A stretch of 45,156 bases of DNA, counting the filler, from Catajapyx aquilonaris (lineage: Eukaryota), in assembly GCA_000934665.2 (NCBI GenBank). It is 2 parts of 2 records of this genome, joined end to end, with 100 filler letters (N's around TTAATTAATTAA, not from the genome) between each part and the next. Parts side by side here need not be neighbours in the genome. Positions count along the whole stretch, not along the records: positions 1 to 22,508 come from JYFJ02005852.1; 1 more part is not named here. One strand, written 5' to 3'. Below the pieces are notes generated by a model, which saw only the letters and a list, made by a program, of their open reading frames with translations, searched no databases and was not told the origin of the DNA. Of the stretch, positions 1-14,599 are shown piece by piece. The translations under genes and the position numbers were made by a program. Each line of letters starts with the position of its first letter. The stretch's first letter is position 1.

Positions 1-195
1 CTGAAATTGGATATCTGAATGGCTTCCACGAAGCAGATCCCAACCGCAAAAATTCCTTCCAATATTTCCTTCCTCACGAAAAAATACAAGGCAAAAAAAA
101 GAGCGACGGTTCCTTTTTCTTTCATGCCTTCTCGAATGGGTCGACCCTGACCGCCTTTCGTAAGGCATGTATTGCCATCTCAGAAAGCGAAAGGG
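1..195. mobile_element. Possible terminus of a piggyBac-type (TTAA) element, running off the window start
   Basis: ...GCGAAAGGG followed by TTAA (196-199). Read on the minus strand this is TTAA|CCCTTTCGC, a typical piggyBac/MITE end. Only one end is visible. Confidence 0.3.
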
Positions 196-3100
196 TTAAG
201 GCATCATCATCATGATGGGGGACACCCCTTACATACACTGTACATCCTCACTTTCCCCTCCCTGTAAGTAGGCCCTGCAATTGCTTGTCTGTTATACTCT
301 AGGTCTCCCCCACAAGGTTTCCCAGACCTTTGACCTGGAGTATCACTGTGTGAAACACATGTTCCTGTTATTTTTGTGAGCAGTAAGTATAGCGTACAGT
401 TCCGGAACTCTCACGCGTAAAATCTGTTTTCCGGGAGTGACACAATCGCGACACGACATGTTATGCGCATAAGACATCTAATTTGCTAAATTTGAGGAGG
501 CAGACTACGGCCCTTAAGTGAATTACAGGATGCGGACACTGACTTCCGGATCGTTAAATCCGCAGGTGGATTACACGCACGCACTTCTAAATCCCAGTTC
601 ATAATTATTTTCTTGAATTATGCCTTAATAACCTGACCTAACTCTATTGGTTTCACCTGGGGCGATTTCATTAACGCTAGGCTTGAATTAATCATCGGTC
701 ATTCAAGTTACAGTACACTATGTAAGTGTCACTTGCAATGGATGAGCTCTTTTCCCCTTCTCTCTCTCTCCTCCTTTAGTATCGTATAAATCTACAATGT
801 AGCTTTCCTCCTGTGATTTAACTGCATGACCTGGCAATGGCTGGCATGGAAGAGAATCTCTTGTAAATGTAATGAACATGGGTTTTATACGTACGGCTAG
901 ATCATCATGGGCAGAATACGGTCCAGTTTATGGTCACTAAAGTACACGCATATTTCATAACCAGACACTTATTTGTCACCCTCGACCAGTTTAACGTGTT
1001 GGTCAGTACTTTAGTATAAGGAAGATAATTTCCTCACATGCCATGAGAAATAACAAAAAAAAAAAAACAGGAAATATTTTCTGTGCCATGTTGTCGTCCT
1101 AATTATTTGCAAACACAATTCTAAGCCATAATAAATGGTGGACAACTATTATATGACTGATGGAATCACTGGATATACGATATTAATAATAAATAATATG
1201 AATGCTATATACACAACAATCCAATATGAGGCTTATAGTGTAACTGATCTCTCTATTAGCAATTGAGTGTTCGTCGGGTTGCATCATGTCAGGATGAAAC
1301 AAAGTGGAGGTGGCAGGGTACCTTTCGACATATTTCCTGAGATACTACTTTCCATTGGCAAATCATACTCTTCATCGTCACATAACACGGTCGGACGTTC
1401 AACCAAATTCTTCATTTTTAGCCATCACTGCCCCCCACATGAAAACGTGCAAGTCAGCCCCTACCCACCCACTAAAAATTCGCAAAAAAAAAAAATCGCC
1501 CCATTCGCACCAGCACGAAACGGCAATATTTCACCCAGAAGCGCCCATCAGTTATCATTATGGCGTCCAAACGGCTGCGTGTACGCATTCACGAGGCTCT
1601 GTATCAAACCCACATGCGGTGCAGGCCCTCCGGATAAAAAAAATTTGAATCGCCATCCTATACATGTACAGCCAGAATTTTTGCAGGAAAATTTTTGCAT
1701 AGTAGGTAAGAAAAGGGCCACCCAACATTTTGGGGGCTGACTCTATAACCTCAAAACCTGGGCAACGCAAAGTTGTTTCCGGCTGAGCGTTAATTAATTG
1801 TCGCTCTTAAGATGAGTTTTAGTTGGAGGAAGAGTAGGTGGTGGTGAGGAATGGTTGAAGCGTGAGAGTCGTGCTCGCATAGTTCGGCAATAAGTCAGGA
1901 ATTTGGTTTCAGACACGGTTGCAGCACCCAGGAGAATTAAGAGCGGATATATGTTTTGGAAGATCCGTGCTTTTGCATTCCATCGGGTCCAATGATTTTG
2001 AAGCTAGGAGGCATTCAAGGAGGGGTGAGATTAATAATTGGAGACGGATTCGGTAATGTCAAGAATTTGTGGGGTGCACCCACGTTACATTGTCGTCTGT
2101 AATGAGAACAGGGCGGGGTATTGCTGATAAAGGTGGCACGATAATTGGTGCGGTTAATAATTCGATATGGATAAGTGCTGGGTGTCATATTTGGATATGT
2201 GGTTCATGGGCGGTGCTTGATTTGCAAGCCCAACAATAGAGGGAAAAGTTTTGTTGTCTGAACCAACCTGATAATAAGAGAAAACTACACTTTCCTTATA
2301 CAGAACACTGCAGGGAGTCATTTTAAATAATTATCAACTATTCTGATGATGCACAGAAAACAGATTTTAATAATAATTAGCATGTGCTTGGTTTGTACAA
2401 AAGTTTCTTTTCTGCCTGAAAGTTGACTCTCAAAACAAACTAAATTAAACTACTGTACAGCACAAACTTCTACAGAAACTCACACTGACATGTACAGCAC
2501 CAGAAGCCTGCTTGGCATGCAATATTTACTCTGGAGAGTGCAAATAAATTTAAATATTTAATATTTGCCAAAAACAAATTACGGCTTATTTGCGCACAAT
2601 TGCTCCCATATTATTGGTATTTACAGTGCAAATGTCGCTTGTAGAGCACGTTAACACTACCGGTATAGTAAAAATTTTATGTGTAAAAACCACAGCACAT
2701 AGATTGAAAGAGTTTGAATTTTTTTTTGCTGACATATTTTGTCACCTCTGGCAACTTGAAAATAATGTATCAATTATTTTCTTCCGGAAAACTGCTAAAT
2801 ATAATTTTTGTACGCAATAGTTCCTTATTATCATTGTGCCACTCTGTAGGCTATTATTTTTTGATGAGCAAGTGCTAGCCAGAATACTGTATGACCCATG
2901 ATGTTATCATAACTGCAACAACCAATAATATGCCCCTGACGGCCGATACATCGACTTTTACTGCATATTGACACTTCCTACCCGCCATAAATAATGATTG
3001 TCAACAAAATCAAAACTAATCCCCGCAGTAATACAACCGGCCCTAAAACTATACACAATGATCTATATAAACCCCCCTACACATTCCATACGTTCAATAC

Positions 3101-3899
3101 GCACGCCCTGTTTATATGACCGAGAAAATTGTCCAGTAAATGTGAAGGACATATGCAAGAACACAATCCCCAAGCAAGTTAGTCATATCTGACATTAGAA
3201 AACAACCGCTTTTGAATGAAGCAACGTGTTTACATAATAGGTTTGTCGCCTAGTGAAAGTCTCCGAGCGCGTGCTTTGTTGTTGTTGTTGTCGCAAGTGG
3301 CTCGTCCAGTCACGACGAGGAAGTTGGCCATATCAAGTCACAAGTATCGGGGGCTATGTATAGACTCATTATTACATATGTTTGAAGAAGGTGAGAGGGG
3401 AAAAAAAGTAAGTCGAATTTTCGGGGGATGTCAGAGGGTAAAGTAAAAAAATAAATCGGAATTGTGGGCATTAATTCTGCTTTTTTTTTTATTTTTTCGA
3501 GCGTTGAAAGGAAGGCTAACGAGAGTAGAAGAGAGCAGTAATTGGACCCGAAAGAAAATACTCAACTCTGTCAAACTTGTTGCCTGAAAGTTTTTTAAGG
3601 ATCTGAGCGAAATAATGAGGAGTTTTTTTTTTTGAGATTACGTTTACGCTCTTCGGTTTCCTACTTCTTTTTGGAGGTGCAAAACTTTTTTATTTCGTTG
3701 TCTCTACAGTGTTTGAACAGCAGCCAAATGGTAGGCCATCATCCAGACCGGTCAATTTGTTTTGACAATGTGCATTGGATAATAAAAATGAGATGGTGTA
3801 AGGGTAGCAATGACATTGAAGGTGTTGACTTGAAGATCAGCTCAAGGGCGATCTGAGATATATACAATGCGAAGGTAAATATCCTGAGGAAATTACTTT

Positions 3900-5800
3900 C
3901 AAATCAATTGGTGCTCGTATTACTACAATTATTGGCAGTATTATTAGGTATTATTATTAGAACGGAAAAAATTTCATATTCATAATTTAAGGGTACTCGA
4001 CCGCTTATTATGCATAATGGTGGTTCTTTTTTTAGCCGGTCGGTGTCAATATTATGACTTCCAACCGGTTTCCAGCATGTTGCGCAATTAATTTGCACAA
4101 CGGAACCGCTTGTACATTTCGAGACGACTTCACATTTGACATATCGTTTCCTATATACACAAAAAGTAGGACCCTCCCTCCCTAAACAAATTCCAAAGTA
4201 AAGAGGAAGACATGCCAATTATAAAAAAGTGAAGGTCACCAAATAGGCGCTTCCCACATTAAAACAACCGACCTTCACTATAGGTTTTGCAAACAGGAAA
4301 GACAACCTTGCATCTAAAGGTCACCTCTGACGGGTCGTAAAAAAATATGAAAAAAAAGAAGCCCGCTTCTTTATTAAGGAAAAAGCAATCCTAACCCCCC
4401 CCCCCCTCCACCCCCGATGAATAATAACCGGTCCTAGACTCCGGTTATGATGTAGTCTTTTCTCTTAACCATCTCATTCATTGCGGTTTTGTTCCAATGG
4501 AGGTTGTGGATAGTGGGGAGGTTCCGGAAGCTAGACCTTATTCAATTTCGCCAACGTGTGTTTTTCTTATCCACAAAATTCGAGGAGACAATAGGACTTG
4601 GCGAAGCTCCCGGAGTTCCCCGTCATCCTCTACCCCCTTTTGTTCCCCCTCCTCGATTCCTTCGTCTATGGGTATATACCCTAAGTTTCTAGGGGACCTT
4701 CCGAGATTGCTGAAGGTATACGCTACCCCAAAGATAGGACAAGTGCCAGGCTTCTTGTTTCGAAATCTTCTTTGTCCACGTGAGGATTTAGTATGGGGGG
4801 AAAATCTCCTTTTCCCTAATTAAGGATCCGGGAGCCTCCTACCAAAAGCCTGACTTCAATCTTAAGCTACCCCGGTTTTAAGAATGGATAACCAATTAAA
4901 AGTCAGCCGGCATTTGGGATTAGGGTATAGTGAGATAGGTCAGTGATTTAAGGGTTGGGATTGGAGAAAGTCGAGGCAGGACTGTGAAAAAGTGCTAACC
5001 AGTATTGGGCCCTATACCAACAAGCCACCCAAAAAAAAACCGGAGTTAAATTAGGGTGTTTACAACAGATTTGTTTGGTTAAGTATCAGTAATGAGGCAG
5101 TTTGGTGTCGCCTTAACTTATCGTGAAACACACCCCCTAATTGCGCGTAATGAGTATCAATTTTTGCTCGGGACACACCGTACTGCTGTTGAAAACAACT
5201 ATTTTTTTGTTCCTGGATTATAATAGGTTCGAGTAACAACTACGCCGAAATGATATCAGAAAGAAGTAGACTGTGGGCGGACAATTGCATTATCACTTTC
5301 AAGGTCATACACCGGTAGAATACTGCATGTTCGTATTCCTACAAGTATATAGGCGTTACATATTTGCGGTTACCCTTTAAGATGAAGTTTCGACACCACT
5401 CACCTTGAGAAAACTTCTGGATTTTCCCTATTCTACATCTGCGTCATTCATGTAGCAATTATTACATTTCATATTGTGTTTTATAGTCGGTCTCACAAAC
5501 TGATGCAAATGCTCTTTACCAACATGATTATCACGATTGGGTACTAATATTTTGTTACGAAATCTTAGGCGGGTCTGGAAGCTGAAATACGCCCTTGAAA
5601 AAAATAATATGTATTCGACCCTTGACCTCGGATGCCAATGAGCCAAAATGGTCACACCCAACGTGCAAGCTTGTCAATTCAGAGCCTTGCTCTTCAAACA
5701 TACCATTAGCCTTCTTGCATCTTAAGTCCAAATTAATTACTATTCCTCCCATGGTCCACTGAACTAGTGTTCCAATAACTCTTCTGAATAATACTGCGAC
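3900..5800 (-). mobile_element. Degenerate non-LTR retrotransposon remnant (APE endonuclease and RT C-terminus)
   Basis: Frameshifted minus-strand peptides in LINE order: IVINLDL near 5730 (GDFNA-like), LESDNAIV near 5290 (SDH-like), LDARLSF near 4310 (LDxxLxF after RT) and LCIISGRVPLNYE near 4000. No intact ORF; boundaries approximate. Confidence 0.35.
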
Positions 5801-8800
5801 CACCCATCGAGTACAACAGTGGTCCCAAGATAACTTTCAATATTGCGGTTGAGATAGTGCCTCTCACATCCTAGCCAACTATTCATCCCCTATTGTAAAC
5901 GAGCCTGGTGTGCAACATACATCTACTGTCAGGCCGCTCAGTCGTTTCTTTTCTGCGCGTGTGACATGTCGCCTCGCACTGCTGACCTCGCCTTATGAAC
6001 CCAGCCAACCGAGGACACTTTCCTCTTCCACGCAGGGCCAACCCCTAAAATCCACTTTCCATGCACCTTGCACAAACCTACCTCTATATGTCTTTTTTTT
6101 TACCCCTCCCCAAAATGTATATACAGTTCAGAACTTCAAGTCAATATGGTTTCAAGATATAGAAAATAGGTTCTATTTGCCCAATATACTTATGTAGATA
6201 GCATTATTGTCAGAGGGATGTGCGTTTCTGGGAGGACCGATGCAATATATCAAGACGATTCCAACATGTCGTAGGTCAAAAGGTCTGCCAATTCCCAGCA
6301 GAATTTCCAGGGCTTTTATTTGGAGAACTCCCGACTGTCACTAGAATTGGCTCAAAAAAAAAGGAAAAGAAGAAATCGACTGGCTTCAACGAGATTGAAA
6401 AGAGCCACTTAGGTTCGGAGTTAGACGGTTCGTTTGATTGCTCCATTAGCATGTCTACGGGGAAGGGGAGAATCTCCTCCATTCTTACTAATAAACGAGG
6501 AGGGCTTTCATTGTCGAGTGAAAAGTATTGATTTGTATTGAGTATTCATGCCTTTCATGCCAAAATGGCGTGAAAGTCTGGCTTGGAACATGAAAAACCT
6601 TGAATTTTCGTCACCTGCGATCCTCTCTCTGAGGCTAATTTCAGCTTCAGATCTGATAACGTACTCCTTTTTCCGCGATTGTACGTCAATATTCAATTCA
6701 AATATTTCCGTAAGGACCAGAGCAATGCATTACCAATTCAGTTGCTCTTTTGTTAGTCGGATGACGTCCCTGATGTGTGCTTTATTTCCCCCATGTGGCT
6801 CACCCTTCTTATTAAAAACTCGTGGGGTTCTCATGCAGAGCAAACAATGCATTATAAAAATGTACTCACCGTGAAGCAGCACTGATGTTGCGGAATAACC
6901 TAAAACAGAAAAAAACGTCAATAAATGCATTCAAAGTGCGACAATACACATTCTTGTGTAATGATGCCATAATTCGTGCATCACGTTTGCTCATCGTTCA
7001 TGAATTATTTATTTCCAACCTTTTATCTCTCTAAAGTCCTATCAAGTGTAAAGGTCACTACCGTCCCGTTTACGGGATTAAAAAGTACCGTTTATTCCTT
7101 CATTCTCTGAACCTACACATTCACGAGTACCATACATGGTAATTATCACTTCCGAGGACGATGGAATCCTCTTCCTAGGCGTCCATCAAGTTTTCCTCGC
7201 ACGAATAAGGTGTCCAACACTTTGTTAACAAAAAAAAAAGAATGGAGGTCACAACCCTGGCGTCCTTGCCGTGGACTACTATAACCCCACCCTATGAATC
7301 GAAACAAAAAAAACCTTGCTCTCTTAAAAATGCCCACGTATGAATACTAAGTCGAGCCTCCATCACGTCACTGTTTACTGAAGGTTAACTGAGTGACAAC
7401 AATAGCAATCTGGGATAAAATAAAAAAAATAGGATTACATGTTATTGAAAGATGACGAGACTTGAAAAATATGTCTGGAGGAAAAATGTGCTCAAGGGCA
7501 TCATTGAATGAGAACTAGTTCACTTCCTGGGACTATTTTTTTTAAGAGTGACCTTTTTGGTGGGTCACACTTGATTGGGATATTTCCACTCCGATTAGCT
7601 TTATAGAGGTGATATAATGAGTCTACAGCGCAGTGAGGTGAACATTTTCTATTCTTGTCGATAACCTGTATTTCCTCCATTGATTTCAGCCAACGATTTC
7701 CAATAAGACTGCAGACTTAATTTTTTTATCAGTCTAGAAAAATGTGTTACACACTGATTGCGCTGTAAAAAAAACAGTCAAATTTCCAGGTTGTGCCATT
7801 GCATTTGCATGGCGTTAAAACACTGCAATTAAAATTTCAGAAACACACATTTTAGCACAGATTGTCCGGTTTCACGACAGGTCCCAGTGCAGATAACAGG
7901 GCGATTTCAAATTGCAAGCACTATGATATACTCGACATGCATTGTCCTGCTTCAAAACGTCGCATGCAAATTGCAGCCGCAGCATGAATAAAACAAATCA
8001 AGATCCAACGTCTGCAACTAGTGTAAGTGCGCAGGCAAACACGCACTAATACTCCATAAGTCCTGTGCATACAACTGACATAAAAAAAACACAGGGACCG
8101 CACGTTTATCAAAAACTCTGTACTTGCAAATGTGACCAAATATTGGCAAAACACTGGTCGCAATAAGTGCAGACTCATACCGCTCGGTTTCATGTTTGTT
8201 CGTTTTCATACACGTCCCTTTTATTTCAGTCAAAGAGCAGGATGGCGGCACCCAATTTGGCACAAAAGGATATTGTTTGCACTTTGTCATAGTCCTCCCC
8301 CCCAAAAAAAAAATAATCTGATCTTTTTTTAGTGTGCAAAGATGTCTGAAACTTTCAACAACTCCCCTTATGTTACTGCACCGATACGCAAATTCCGGTT
8401 TGCAATTTCATTCAGATAGGAAGAGAACCTCCTCTTGTCACAACTCCGAATCTTGCATCTGGTTTCTGGAAAGTTTCCCCAATAATTGCGAACCCGCAGT
8501 TTGTTGCGACGTCAGTTATGCACGGTTCGCCAAATTGTCAGAGCATGGGGCCAAAATATTGTTATTCAAGCGGAACTGGGTCAGGACATATGGGAAAAAA
8601 ATAGGAAAATGAAGCGAATATTGGCATGTTCTCATGTGTCAAAAAAACCCACATTTTTTTAAAGAAATAAAAGGAAGCGTCCACACTTCTTTTTATACAG
8701 GTATGGAGAACCGGGTTTTCTTGGACATGCCTGAACGAATATTTTGGGCATTGGCGTCTCCTCTCGCCTGCTGGTGCAAGAGAGAAAAAAGGGGGCTAAG

Positions 8801-11800
8801 ACTTTCACCATTGTCCCCCTAAAATGTAAGAAGAGGAAAAATAGGTGCTTGCCCAGCGTGTGCTGGAGCGGATCATTGCCGTTTTGTGATTGTTTGGCTG
8901 CGGTCAAAATATCACTGAATGAAAGTGCCAAGTTTTTTTTTTGTACCGCAAATCAAAGGATCGCTTTTGTGAAAGTGCGATTTTTGTTCACTGCCAGCAA
9001 ACACTGGTCGTCACATTTCAATTAGTGAAATTTGCTGTGTGTCAACAGGTCAACTTTTTTTTGCATACCTGCTAATTACAGTAATAAGTCTGCTATTGGA
9101 CACATAAATTTTTTTTGATGGAATTTTGAGACAGGGTGTTCCGAACAATCCGGTTGTACTCAGCACAATTGATCCTAAAGAATAAATGTGAATCGCCCCA
9201 ATCTTCATTCCATACACTCCCCTCCTCCCATTACTAGCTTCATAATGACTTGATGAATAAATTTCCCCCATTTATGAATTCACAACTGGGCGAATCCTGC
9301 ATTGCGGCTATAATTAGTCCCCCCAGTTTTTTTTCACCCACCCCGTCGTTCCTTTTGCCAAAAAGCCATCGTTTCCAACAGCATTGGCTGACAATATATT
9401 GAACCCTGGCTCAATTCATCATGGGTTCCAATTCGAGAAGACTGGAGAAGAATGGGAGTTTTTTTGTCGGCAGAAAAAAATTGCCCCCCCCCCCAAAAAA
9501 AAAACCCCCTTCCTTCTTCCTAAATGTGGCCTGAGGAGTAACCAAGGAAGATTTTTGCACGCAAAAGCATCTTTAAAGGCATAGTGGAGGGCAGGGAGCG
9601 GGGTTCTGACAAATTGTATCATTTGTCTGAATCGAGCAAAAAAAAACTCATTTTAATACTCTTGTTCGTCTGGTTTTCTGTCCGGAATACACGCGTGTCA
9701 AACGTAGTTTTGGAGGACGGAAATTGGACATGTGCAATCCGTTCGTCGGTTGGAAAATCAATTTCCAGGTTGGTTAAAGAGACGGCTCGTTAATAGGAAG
9801 CGCATATCCGATGGTGGGGATGGATGGGGAAAAAAAATTTGTCATAAATATTGGCGACATACTTTGATTAGATGCGATTGCAACAGGTGGTGTTCTCCGT
9901 GAGGTTTGGACCCGGTTTGAAATGACATGAGGCAGAACCGCAGATACATCAAGTTGACAGATGCATGCTGTGGAACACCCAAAAAAAATCCGATTTTTTT
10001 TCATATAGTGTTACTCCAAGAATTAGTGCATTTTAAATAAATTACAGAGCTAACATAACATGTAAAATGCATAAGTACAAAAAGTACCATTAATTATTAC
10101 ACAAATTTCCAATGACAATAGTAACAAGTGCACAGCCATCATTAGATAAAACAACATGAGCATGTTATGCACCAATTCTCGTGGTAATATTCTTCTGGCT
10201 CACTGAGAGTGCAATTCGTCGAATTAAATTCCGCAACTAGAAAATATACCGTATATTTCTTTTCCAAAAAAATAGCATGAACAATAAAACGCTGAATGAA
10301 CTTGCCCTGAGTAAAACAATAGCTGAATTATACCCCATTCAGCGAAAAGTGCGTGTGTGATGCACAGCGTAATGTTGGATTAGTTACATAAATAGCTCCT
10401 ACACACGCTATATTATTCATTCTCGTTGCAATTCTGCATACAATAATAAACTAAACACACCAGGTGTACAGTACAAACAGAAATTTGCACGCAATACACA
10501 TGCACAATCCTTTTATCAACTGCCAATATCTATGACCGTGGCTACAAAATATGCTCTATTACATTATAGTCAATAGCTTGATGCAATAGCAACTGCACTT
10601 AGCCAACCACCATACTCACAGAAGAGTGCTCATAACTGAGAAAATAAAGTATAATGACCCTTAGACCTCATTATACTCGTGAGCATCAAATTAGGGTTTC
10701 CCAAGTGCAAAATCTAGTACTTCATACAACCTACAGCAACAATAGTTTCTCTCCTACTCCCTTTTAAAAAATTTCTTCACACCGCGACCTGAGTTGACTT
10801 ATGCCATATTTACCTGCTACACAACCTGATCGAAAAAAACACCATCGAAGGCCATCAGGCGAATCCTTTACTTTTCCCTCCCTTTCTCCAGTCCCAGATA
10901 ATTGCCCTCGCCCTTTCAAGGATCAAAAGTGTGCCCTCAGCATTGTTACCCTCTTTTTTGTTGTTGTTGTTGTTATCAAGCCTTCTCTCTCTCAGTTTCC
11001 TCACTCTCTTCCCCACCCAAAAAGATCACATTTGGGCAACACCTATTTGGCCAGCAGCCCTGGATAACATCGATACTGAAGTGCTTCTGCAGCATCCAGT
11101 GGATGACCTTCCATAGTGCAGGTTCTCCTTCTTCTTCCCCCAGATGACTTCACTCCCACCTTCAGGATTGACACGAGCAAAACATTCGCCTTCCTTTTTT
11201 TTTTTGTCGGATCCTGTATTCTTCCTTTCACTCCTGGAAACACATCACTCATCGTGTCTCTCTCTGGCGCGCCTTAGTATTGGAAAAGCCATTGTGTACT
11301 TTCCCTTTTCTCCGGGCAAAATGGAGGATACAGGAGCTTAAGCCTAATGTAAATTTTCAGACGGATGCCAGATTCCTCTAAGAGTAACAGCTGTTTCGTT
11401 CAGACTATGGTTCTGCACGCATCTATCACTCGACTAGATATTGTTGCATGGTGGTAACGATGTTGGCAATTGGCTGCGAAGTCATTTTCAGTAATGAAAT
11501 GCGATGCATCCAGAAGGGATGCGAATCTACTCACAAGAACAAGCCTTGGTTGGAATGTAGTCTAAAGTACATCAAAAGAGATATAATTGCTCCCTCAAAA
11601 AATATTTAAAAATGAGCCATTAAAAAAGTCATCAGATATGCCTAGCATCCTATATGTAGGACACTTGTACAAAATTAATGTTACATTTTTCAGTTATTGT
11701 GTTTGTTCCACATAGATAAAAAATATTTAGAGATAATTTCGACCAAAATATGACTGATTACAGCATATATTCATACGGGACTGAATCATTACCAGCAGCA

Positions 11801-12779
11801 GAATGTCTGATGCGCAATTTTTTTTTGTTATCTTCAGTTCGTGGCTATGGCGTGCATTTGCATTATTTTGCACTTCGTAATAAAACTGCCCAGTCACGAC
11901 GCACGTGCGCAGTGCGAGGTCAACACAATATAACATGAATCACTGGAAATAACGTGTGATTGATATCTCGGCTCATATTTAACTTTGGGTTGAGCACAAC
12001 ATGAGATTTGGGCATAATAAAGATTCAAAAAAAACACTGACGTTATCACGGAAGTACTGTCGGATGGCGTCATTTTGTGCGAAATTTTTAGAACAGTTTC
12101 ACAGACACATGTTCACAAAAGACTATACAGTGCTTTATAATCAATGAAGGAAATCGAGCTGCTCAAGTATGGATTAAATTCTGAACAGGTCAACGAAATT
12201 GGACAAAAAATGTGGGCATGTCCTCGGCTGGGTTTAAAGTCCTGAACTCGTTCAAATGTCCATAACCCTTCCGAGGTCATGTGGCCCAAAAAAATATGGA
12301 AAGACCTTGCCGCTTTTTTGCGCAACATGGCCACACAAAAAAAGTGCCGAAGTCTTATACTGGCCGACTAATTCAAAGCAGACTTTGTTTATGGAGTTCC
12401 TTGAACGCACTGGTGATCATTTGGGTTTTATAGACCAATAATAATGCCACTCTAGGTAAACACTTGAACAACAAATGAGCGTAAAAATACAAAGTTGGCA
12501 GTTATTGAGGTCAGACAAAGACTTCCGGACTGACATCCCACTTTTTCAATAACATATTGTCCAAACAAAAATGCACATTTTAATAAATGTTACCGGAAAG
12601 TTATTTTTTCTCTTTAAAAGCACAAGCAGTAATATTACAATATTTTATAATTCTTGCTGTAATACACAGAAAAATTGTTATTTACATGCTAATATATAAC
12701 TTGATGACTTTTTCAAATGTAGAAATGTTTCTCAATTACTGTAATACATTCTGCACATGATTCTAACTTATCTGAATGA

Positions 12780-13210
12780 CAATGTCCAATTGTCCAACGG
12801 TTACATTTTGACATGCAACTTTTTAACAATCTTCTCTTACAGTAACATTCCAGAAAAATCTCCAGACCTTGCATTCACAAAATGGGGACAAGCAAAATCT
12901 GCAGTCGCAGATTGCCCCATAGAAAACCTTCTGCAAACTTGATCACACGGCTATTTTAGTCCGGTTTCCTTCCTGTGCAAAAATTTCCAGCATCCGGAAG
13001 CCTGGACTGGTGAGATCTCCTTCTTTTTTTAACAAAATTTCTCTCACATTTCTTGACTTCCTTTGTCCCCTTCCTTCGAAAAGAGCTCCCTTCCTTCCAA
13101 ATGCCAGTGGGAGTCAGCGAATGTCACGACAAAACCCAAAGAGAAAATTGATGCTGGCAGCAACCAAGGACCTCTCTCCTACATACACCAACATTCGACT
13201 CCCCGGCATC
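12780..13210 (-). mobile_element. THAP zinc-finger remnant (possible P-element-like transposase 5' end)
   Basis: Minus strand reads ATGCCGGGGAGTCGA (MPGSR), followed by frameshifted CxxxxC-like, W..F..R and RRLLKK-like segments typical of THAP domains. Very noisy. Confidence 0.3.
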
Positions 13211-14599
13211 GTTCAGGTTCACGGTCGACTCTTGCTGGCCTTGCTATCAAACAGCTGTTGTCTCTTCCAGCATCCCAAGGTTGTGCACACCTTGTGCATC
13301 AAGGTCGCCATATTTCCCCACCCTATACCCTTGCACGATTCACGACCTTCGATTCTATGAGGATGGTTCGCATATTTAATGTCACGATACGAATAATATG
13401 ACATGCCCATGAATTTTGGTCGGTTTATGCTGGAAATGTTTCAGGAAAATAATCCCATCAAGCTATATACCAAATGACACTGAAGGTCTGTAATATATCA
13501 TATTAATACACTGTATATTAAAATCGCAGCGGGCATATTTGCCCTCTGATTGGTCCGCCGCATATTGTTATCCTACGCATACGCAATGAGGTGGAGACAA
13601 CGCCTCTGGTGGGTGGAAGGGAAAAATATCCATTCGATCACTGACGGCCGGAGAGACAACTTCTCTCCCTCCCCTCCTGTTCCACCCATCCGTCCCTGTA
13701 TTTCTGGCCAGTTGGCACAAGTCAAATTGTTGACAATCAGTAAGTTCTTGGAACGTCAGGACGTGTTCTGATAACAGGGCTGTTCGAATCCCAAAGCGAT
13801 TAACAATATGGCATCCAACACCGTAGGACGCAAGCCTAGAAAAAACCGAGCGGCTTTCTAGAAAAATGCGGATGAAGCAAGGGTTTTTCCAAGGGTTTTT
13901 CTAGTGTACGATTTAAAACCGTGCAATTCGATACATTCGACCGGCCTTTAGAAAATATGTCAAATGTTTGATGGTTCTCTTAGGTAAACTATGTCACGTG
14001 TTTGCTTCACACTATCCGTTTGCTTCCCATACAGTCAGCCGAATAGTGGACCTTATTCTCCCCTTCCCCATTGTGGAGGCGGCAAATCGTCCGGACTCCG
14101 GATGAGAAAAGATCTCCGGATGACCCTCCTATTCAACCCAGACAATGCTGTCTGCACCGGGGGCAATTGGACCCACCCTCAAAATGATGCTTCTGGAAGG
14201 ACCAGGGAGGGTCTGGAGAAGAGAGGGGGAGGGGTGGTAGAAGTCCTCTTCAGCGGACAAATTGCCTCATCCCCTCCTCTTGCCCTCCTCCACTACCACC
14301 CAAATAGGTCCAAACAGCCTGTTCCACCGCCGATTGCCTTCTGGCTTTTATTCGCCAAACTGACCAGCTCCGGCTCCATTCCCCGGATAGGATCCCAAGC
14401 TCCTCATTCACTCCCTTGCCCAAATTTCCTCCTGGGTGCAGTGGGTGCTGCAGCTGCCATTCTACCATATAGATAAAAAAAAGGAGAGAGAGACGACGAG
14501 AGACGACCCTACCCTCCACCCACACCAGCCTTCAGTTCCACCAGCCTCCTGATCCTTTTATTTGACTGGCTCCTTTGCATTATATTGCCTCCCTTCACA

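Noticed and set aside
1800..2290. Possible minus-strand exon after a strong acceptor near 2268 (VGSDNKTF..., Kazal-like)
   Set aside because: Lacks the Kazal cysteines, the frame closes quickly, and sequence quality is too low.
11043..11340. Exon-like minus-strand segment
   Set aside because: Several frames are partly open with no recognisable homology; cannot be supported.
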